Source of the DNA: an uncultured Thermodesulfobacteriota bacterium
Lineage (GTDB): Bacteria; Desulfobacterota; BSN033; WVXP01
Length of the DNA: 64,000 nucleotides
Direction: 5' to 3'
Assembly (NCBI GenBank): GCA_964347335.1
Contig: CAYFYO010000001.1
Location: forward strand, 2,090 to 66,089
In this document: positions 58,674 through 64,000 of the stretch, piece after piece
How positions within the stretch are numbered: position 1 is the first letter of the stretch
How the letters are laid out: the number at the start of each line of letters is the position of its first letter
Made by a program: the position numbers and the translations under genes
The notes under the pieces: generated by a model
The model's database searches: none
What the model saw: only the letters and a program-made list of their open reading frames with translations
Told to the model about the DNA's origin: nothing

Positions 58674-60170
58674 GTGGAAGAGCTGAGTCAACTCCGTAAG
58701 CAAAGGCTGGAGAAGATCCGGCGCATGGAGGAGGATGGTATCGCGCTGTTTCCCAATGATTTCCAGGTACGGCACACGTCCAAGGAAATCCATGAAACCT
58801 ATGGTTCTCGAAGTGTCGAAGCTCTGAAAAAGGTCGATCAGGTCTTCGTATTAGCTGGCCGGATCATTGCCGCGAGGCAGTTTGGCAAGGCATCTTTTTT
58901 CCACCTTCAGGATCGAAAGGGGAAGATCCAGGCTTATATCAAAGAGGATCAAGTCGGCCAGGAGACCTACGCCATTTTCAAGAAACTGGACATCGGGGAT
59001 TTTGTTGGTATCTCGGGCAGAATCTTTCGGACGAAGACGGGAGAGCTCACGATCGCGGTTGAGACGCTTCGTCTCTTGACGAAGTCGGTCAGGCCGCTTC
59101 CGGAGAAATTCCATAAGCTCAGAGACGTGGAGACGCGATACCGTCAGCGTTATGTCGATCTGCTCGTGAACCAGGAAGTCAGGGATATCTTCATCAAGCG
59201 GGCCCAAATCATCCAGGCCATACGGTCTTTTCTGAATGAACGGGAATTCCTCGAGGTGGAAACGCCAATGATGCAGCCCATCCCTGGAGGCGCGACAGCC
59301 CGTCCCTTTAAGACCTTTCACAATGCACTCGACATGGAGCTTTTTTTGAGGGTTGCTCCCGAGCTATATCTTAAGCGGCTCGTCGTGGGCGGGATGGAGA
59401 GGGTCTATGAGATTAATCGTAACTTCCGAAATGAGGGAATTTCTACGCAACACAATCCCGAATTCACGATGCTTGAACTCTACATGAGCTACGTTACATA
59501 CCGGGATCTTTTGGAATTAACCGAAGAGATGATCTGTTACGTCTGCAAAAAGGTGCTCGGGCGAACCCAACTGACATATCAGGAGCAAGAGATCGATCTC
59601 GTGAGGCCATGGCAGAGAATCACCCTCAAGGACGCCATTGTTCGCCACGGGGGAGTTGATGCGGCAGTTTTGGAGAACCGAGAAGAGGCCCTTGACCGGG
59701 CGGCGAGTTTGGGGTGCCATGTGACGCAGAAAATGGGTTTGGGAAAAGTGATGACCCAGATGCTGGACCACCTGGTGGAGCCTCACCTGATCCAACCCAC
59801 ATTTGTGACCCATTTTCCGACTGAGGTCTCCCCCCTGTCGAGAAGGGATGACAAGGATCCAACCGTGTCAGAACGTTTTGAGCTCTATGTCGGTGGACGA
59901 GAAATCGTGAACGGTTTTTCGGAATTGAACGATCCATTCGACCAGCGGGAGCGTTTTCGTCTGCAAGTTCAACAGAGGGAGGCCGGCGATGAGGAGGCCC
60001 ATCTCATGGATGAGGACTATCTCAGGGCACTCGAATATGGAATGCCACCGGCGGGGGGGCTTGGTCTCGGTCTTGATCGGCTGGTTATGATTCTTGTCGA
60101 TGTCCCTTCAGTAAGAGACGTCATTCTCTTCCCCCATCTCAGGCCAGAGAAGACCGAGCACCAAAAATGA
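58674..60170 (+). CDS. lysS: lysine--tRNA ligase (class II)
   Basis: N-terminal OB anticodon-binding domain and class II motifs 1-3 (FRNEG, GGLGLGLDRLVM). Confidence 0.9.
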   Translation: MEELSQLRKQRLEKIRRMEEDGIALFPNDFQVRHTSKEIHETYGSRSVEALKKVDQVFVLAGRIIAARQFGKASFFHLQDRKGKIQAYIKEDQVGQETYAIFKKLDIGDFVGISGRIFRTKTGELTIAVETLRLLTKSVRPLPEKFHKLRDVETRYRQRYVDLLVNQEVRDIFIKRAQIIQAIRSFLNEREFLEVETPMMQPIPGGATARPFKTFHNALDMELFLRVAPELYLKRLVVGGMERVYEINRNFRNEGISTQHNPEFTMLELYMSYVTYRDLLELTEEMICYVCKKVLGRTQLTYQEQEIDLVRPWQRITLKDAIVRHGGVDAAVLENREEALDRAASLGCHVTQKMGLGKVMTQMLDHLVEPHLIQPTFVTHFPTEVSPLSRRDDKDPTVSERFELYVGGREIVNGFSELNDPFDQRERFRLQVQQREAGDEEAHLMDEDYLRALEYGMPPAGGLGLGLDRLVMILVDVPSVRDVILFPHLRPEKTEHQK

Positions 60171-60177
60171 GGTCTCC

Positions 60178-61425
60178 ATGTCTTATGAACTTTTCATCAG
60201 TCTCCGACACCTGAGGGCGAAGCGGAAACAGTTTTTCATCTCGGTAATCACACTTCTCTCAATCGTGGGTGTAGCGGTCGGCGTAATGGCCCTAATCGTG
60301 GTCTTAGCGGTTATGACCGGTTTTGAAAATGATATTACCTCCAAGATTGTCGGCATGACTGCCCATGTTCTGGTTCGACAACATGGGGGAAAGGGATTGG
60401 AGAACTACCGCCGCGTTACGGAACGAGTCCGTGAGATTGAGGGAGTTGTCGCGGCCACCCCATTTATTTTCAATCAGGTCATGCTGACATCGGAGTTTGG
60501 TATCACCGGCTCGGTGCTTCGGGGGATCGATCCGGAGACCATAGGCGACGTGACCTCTTTGGTTGAGCATACCAAACTCGGCTCTGTGGAAGCACTGAAG
60601 TCCGCTGGGCCTCACGGAATTATTATCGGCAGTGAACTGTCGAAGACACTCGGTGTTTCGGTGGGTAACTGGCTCAATGTGGTGACTCCTTTGGGAACCA
60701 TGACACCTCTTGGAATGGCTCCAAAAAGGGAACGCTTCAAAGTGGTGGGCATATTCACCTCAGGCTATTACGAATATGACACGTCCTTTGCTTACATTTC
60801 CATATCCAGTGCACAGAAGTTCTTCAACATGAGAGACGTCGTCACCGGGATTGAAGCGAAGGTAACGGATGTCTATAAGGCCAGGGCGGTTGCCCGCAGA
60901 ATCGAAAAGGCACTGGGATTTCCTTTCTGGACCACGGATTGGATGGCGATGAATCGAAACTTCTTTAAGGCCTTGAAAATGGAAAAAGTCGCGATGTTCA
61001 TTATCCTCACCCTCATCGTGTTTGTCGCAGCCCTTGCCATCGTGACAACACTGATCATGGTCGTGATGGACAAGACCCGGGATATCGCCATTCTCAAATC
61101 CATGGGGTCGACGACCTCGAGTATTATGAAGATCTTCATCTTCGAAGGTCTCATCATCGGCGTGGTTGGAACGATTCTGGGTACGATTCTCGGGCTGCTC
61201 ATTGCCTACAATCTAGAAGCTATCACGCAGTTTCTAGAAGGATTGTTTCGGTTTAAATTTCTCCCGGGAGATGTATATTACATCGATGAACTCCCCTCAA
61301 CGGTGAGGCCACTGGACATCGTTCTGATCGATGGAATCGCCATCCTACTCAGTTTCCTAGCAACCCTCTATCCCTCACGGAAAGGCGCGGGCCTGGACCC
61401 TGCCGAAGCCTTGAGATACGAGTGA
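60178..61425 (+). CDS. lolE: lipoprotein-releasing system permease LolC/LolE (FtsX-like)
   Basis: MacB-type periplasmic domain between TM1 and TM2, then a C-terminal FtsX 3-TM bundle. Confidence 0.85.
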   Translation: MSYELFISLRHLRAKRKQFFISVITLLSIVGVAVGVMALIVVLAVMTGFENDITSKIVGMTAHVLVRQHGGKGLENYRRVTERVREIEGVVAATPFIFNQVMLTSEFGITGSVLRGIDPETIGDVTSLVEHTKLGSVEALKSAGPHGIIIGSELSKTLGVSVGNWLNVVTPLGTMTPLGMAPKRERFKVVGIFTSGYYEYDTSFAYISISSAQKFFNMRDVVTGIEAKVTDVYKARAVARRIEKALGFPFWTTDWMAMNRNFFKALKMEKVAMFIILTLIVFVAALAIVTTLIMVVMDKTRDIAILKSMGSTTSSIMKIFIFEGLIIGVVGTILGTILGLLIAYNLEAITQFLEGLFRFKFLPGDVYYIDELPSTVRPLDIVLIDGIAILLSFLATLYPSRKGAGLDPAEALRYE

Positions 61426-61476
61426 TGCCGCAACTGGGTCGAGTAGCCAGCGGGCGAAGGATGAGAATTCTTTGCC

Positions 61477-62223
61477 ATGAGAATCACTGAGATTCTGAAC
61501 AGCCGGCGAAAAGAGCCATGTTCCAAAAAGAGGTGTGAATTGTCGGAGATAAGGACAGAAAACCTCTCGAAATCTTATAAACAAGGATCGAGAAGAGTCG
61601 ACGCACTAAAGGGGATCGACATCGTCTTTAAAACAGGCGAGGTGGCCGCCATTGTTGGTCCCTCAGGAGCGGGCAAGACGACACTGATCCATATCTTGGG
61701 AACGATTGATCGGCCCTCCGGGGGGAGGGTTCTCTATGATGGCCGGGATGTCTTTGCCATGAGGGAGAGAGACCTTGCTGGTTTCAGAAACAGAACTGTC
61801 GGGTTTGTCTTTCAATTTCACCACTTGTTAGCCGAATTCACGGCGCTTGAAAACACGATGATGCCGGCCTTGATTCAAGGGATACGGAGACGGGATGCAG
61901 AGGCTCGTGCCGAAGAAATCCTCGAAGAGGTCGGCCTCCGGGATCGGATGACTCACAAGCCCGGTGAACTCTCCGGGGGAGAGCAGCAGCGGGTAGCGGT
62001 GGCTCGCTCTCTGATTCTGGAGCCTCGGGTTCTTCTCGCAGACGAACCCACTGGGAATTTGGACAGGGAGACAGGCGAGGGGGTTTATCAGGTTCTGCTT
62101 CAGATGAACCGGGAGAAGGCTATTACGCTGATCATTGTGAGTCACAACGAAGAAATTGCCAGTCGACTGCCTCGGCGGGTTCGTCTAATTGACGGAACAG
62201 TGGTTCCAGAGAAGCGGGAATGA
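61477..62223 (+). CDS. lolD: lipoprotein-releasing system ATP-binding protein LolD
   Basis: Walker [10 protein letters not shown], signature [13 protein letters not shown], Walker [16 protein letters not shown] start at 61540 with AAGAGG SD is possible. Confidence 0.85.
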   Translation: MRITEILNSRRKEPCSKKRCELSEIRTENLSKSYKQGSRRVDALKGIDIVFKTGEVAAIVGPSGAGKTTLIHILGTIDRPSGGRVLYDGRDVFAMRERDLAGFRNRTVGFVFQFHHLLAEFTALENTMMPALIQGIRRRDAEARAEEILEEVGLRDRMTHKPGELSGGEQQRVAVARSLILEPRVLLADEPTGNLDRETGEGVYQVLLQMNREKAITLIIVSHNEEIASRLPRRVRLIDGTVVPEKRE

Positions 62224-62332
62224 GCATTTACAAACACCCTAATATTTGTTAGTAATTCCAAGTTTTCAGCGCCGGCGATGAGGGGTTTTCGAGAAGATCC
62301 ACTCTCAGACCAAGGGTACGGGATCGAAGCTC

Positions 62333-64000
62333 GTGCGGAAATTTTTGATCGTGGCGATATCTCTTCTCTGGGGCGTGATACCTGCATCGGGGAGCGAAAA
62401 ACCGATTGCCAGGGTTCAAGTGATGGGTAATGAGAAGATCGACTCATCGGCCATCTTCAATCAGGTTAAAACCAAATCGGGGGATCCCCTTTCGTTATCT
62501 GTGCTTCGAAATGACATGAAGCGAATCTATGAGATGGGGTATTTCACCGATGTGCAGGTTGATGTCAAGGAGACAGACGAAGGCCCATTGGTGACGTTTG
62601 TGGTCGTCGAAAAGCCCTCTATCGGGCAGATTTTCATCTCGGGGAACGAAAAGATCGAAACGGACAAGATTCGAGACAAAATCGACATCCGTCTCCAGTC
62701 GATTGTCAAGACGGATAAGATCCAAGAGATCATCGAGGAAATCAACAAGCTCTACCTTTCAAAGGGATACTACGGCGCTAAGGTCTCTTATCGGATTGAG
62801 CCTCTTGAAAAGAACGAGGTTGTCCTTGAAATCGTGATTGAGGAGGGGAAAAAGGCCTGGATTCGCAAGATAACGTTCAAGGGAAACGACCGGGTAGGTT
62901 CTCGAAAACTCCGGAGAAGGATGAACACGAAAAAGCGGGGGCTCTTTTCCTGGTTGACAGGGAGAGGATTCCTCGATGAAGAGATCTTAAACAACGACAT
63001 CGACATCCTCCGGGCCTTTTACTACGACCAGGGTTATCTCAACGTGAGGATAGAAGAGCCAGAGGTCCTTGTTGGAAGAAAGGGCAGGTCGATCACCATC
63101 GAAATTGGGGTTCATGAAGGTCCTCAATTCGGTGTCGAATCAATTGATTTCAGGGGTGACATCTTGACGACCAAGGAGGAGCTCTTTCAGGTCATCAAGA
63201 CGAAGGAGGGGGATATTTATCGGAACACCGTGGTTCAGAAGGATGTCTTGGAACTGACCGACCTTTATGCTGATCAGGGGTATGCCTACGTCGATGTTCG
63301 TCCCGTCGTCAACTTGAGGGAAGAGAAGCAGACGGTTCGGTTGACTTTCGACATCGAGAAGGGGAAAGAGGTCTCTTTTGAACGGATCAACATTGTCGGG
63401 AATACGAAGACTCGGGATAAGGTTATCCGACGAGAACTCCGATTTGGAGAGGGGGATCTTTACTCTTCAACCGGCATGAAAAGGAGTCAACAACGGCTGA
63501 GGCAGACAGGGTATTTCAAAGAGGTGGACTTTGCGACGTCCAAGGGAACGAACGAGGAGAAGATCAATCTGGACGTGGCAGTCGAAGAGGCTCCCACAGG
63601 CTCGGTATCGCTCGGTGTCGGCTTCAGCACCAGGGATCAATTCGTCATCGAGGGCGCCTTTTCTCAACGGAACCTTCTGGGTTACGGCTATCAGTTTAAT
63701 CTAAGTGGGAATCTCGGAGGAGAGACAGCCCAGGGCAGAATCGGCTTTACCGATCCATGGTTTTTAGGTTATTCTGTGCTGGTGGGAGCCGACCTCTACT
63801 ACACAGAAGACGAGTTTTTTGATAACTACAGCACCCGGGTTCGTGGCGGTCGCCTCCGCCTCGGGAAGGAACTCGGCGAATTTCTCCGGGGGAGAATTAC
63901 CTATACTTATGAGATTGTCGAAGTTTTCGATGTGGTGGAAACGGCGTCTCGGATTATCCGGGAACAGGAAGGGGAAAGAGACTCCAGCATTCTTGGGCTG
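62333..64000 (+). CDS. bamA: outer membrane protein assembly factor BamA (partial, runs off the window)
   Basis: A GTG start and signal peptide (VRKFLIVAISLLWGVIPASG) are followed by five POTRA-like repeats and the start of the beta-barrel (GVGFSTRDQF...). It is absent from the ORF track because there is no stop codon in the window. Confidence 0.7.
   Translation, partial: MRKFLIVAISLLWGVIPASGSEKPIARVQVMGNEKIDSSAIFNQVKTKSGDPLSLSVLRNDMKRIYEMGYFTDVQVDVKETDEGPLVTFVVVEKPSIGQIFISGNEKIETDKIRDKIDIRLQSIVKTDKIQEIIEEINKLYLSKGYYGAKVSYRIEPLEKNEVVLEIVIEEGKKAWIRKITFKGNDRVGSRKLRRRMNTKKRGLFSWLTGRGFLDEEILNNDIDILRAFYYDQGYLNVRIEEPEVLVGRKGRSITIEIGVHEGPQFGVESIDFRGDILTTKEELFQVIKTKEGDIYRNTVVQKDVLELTDLYADQGYAYVDVRPVVNLREEKQTVRLTFDIEKGKEVSFERINIVGNTKTRDKVIRRELRFGEGDLYSSTGMKRSQQRLRQTGYFKEVDFATSKGTNEEKINLDVAVEEAPTGSVSLGVGFSTRDQFVIEGAFSQRNLLGYGYQFNLSGNLGGETAQGRIGFTDPWFLGYSVLVGADLYYTEDEFFDNYSTRVRGGRLRLGKELGEFLRGRITYTYEIVEVFDVVETASRIIREQEGERDSSILGL

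Noticed and set aside
1-64000. tRNA/rRNA genes, transposases, integrases, toxin-antitoxin pairs
   Set aside because: Visual scan for T-psi-C-like GGTTCGAATCC motifs, rRNA-like conserved stretches, DDE/tyrosine recombinase signatures and small paired ORFs found none. Absence is by eye only, so a tRNAscan/ISfinder run would be definitive.

Overview
This 64-kb window is a moderately GC-rich bacterial chromosomal segment. It is gene-dense, and neighbouring genes frequently overlap by 4 bp (ATGA) at their junctions. The housekeeping backbone includes mfd, lysS, lolCDE, bamA (partial at the 3' edge), rimO, moeA and mobB, an etfAB/crotonase/thiolase operon, and a TPP-riboswitch-controlled thiXYZ-like ABC transporter. 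It also has a sigma-54-dependent zraP/zraP'/zraS/zraR-like metal-stress module.

Between about 15.9 and 27.4 kb lies an accessory-looking block of 16-17 small genes, all on the minus strand. They include a radical SAM protein, DUF547, PHP, DUF4019, DUF2007, VOC, MBL, an orphan MerB-like protein, GNAT, ICMT-like and deoxyribosyltransferase-like genes. The block is bracketed by an ~80-bp imperfect direct repeat, contains an identical 19-mer placed 8-9 nt upstream of two start codons, and has one attC-like junction.

Three gene associations look previously undescribed and worth a second look. First, an AmmeMemoRadiSam-type radical SAM enzyme is translationally coupled to a MidA/NDUFAF7-like methyltransferase, next to moeA/mobB. 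Second, an operon encodes a cytoplasmic molybdopterin oxidoreductase, a polytopic HEAT-repeat membrane protein and a CPBP intramembrane protease. Third, an EamA/DMT permease carries a ~70-aa His-rich tail.

I found no rRNA, tRNA, CRISPR array, transposase or integrase. Every call rests on reading motifs in the ORF translations and the DNA. No database searches were run.
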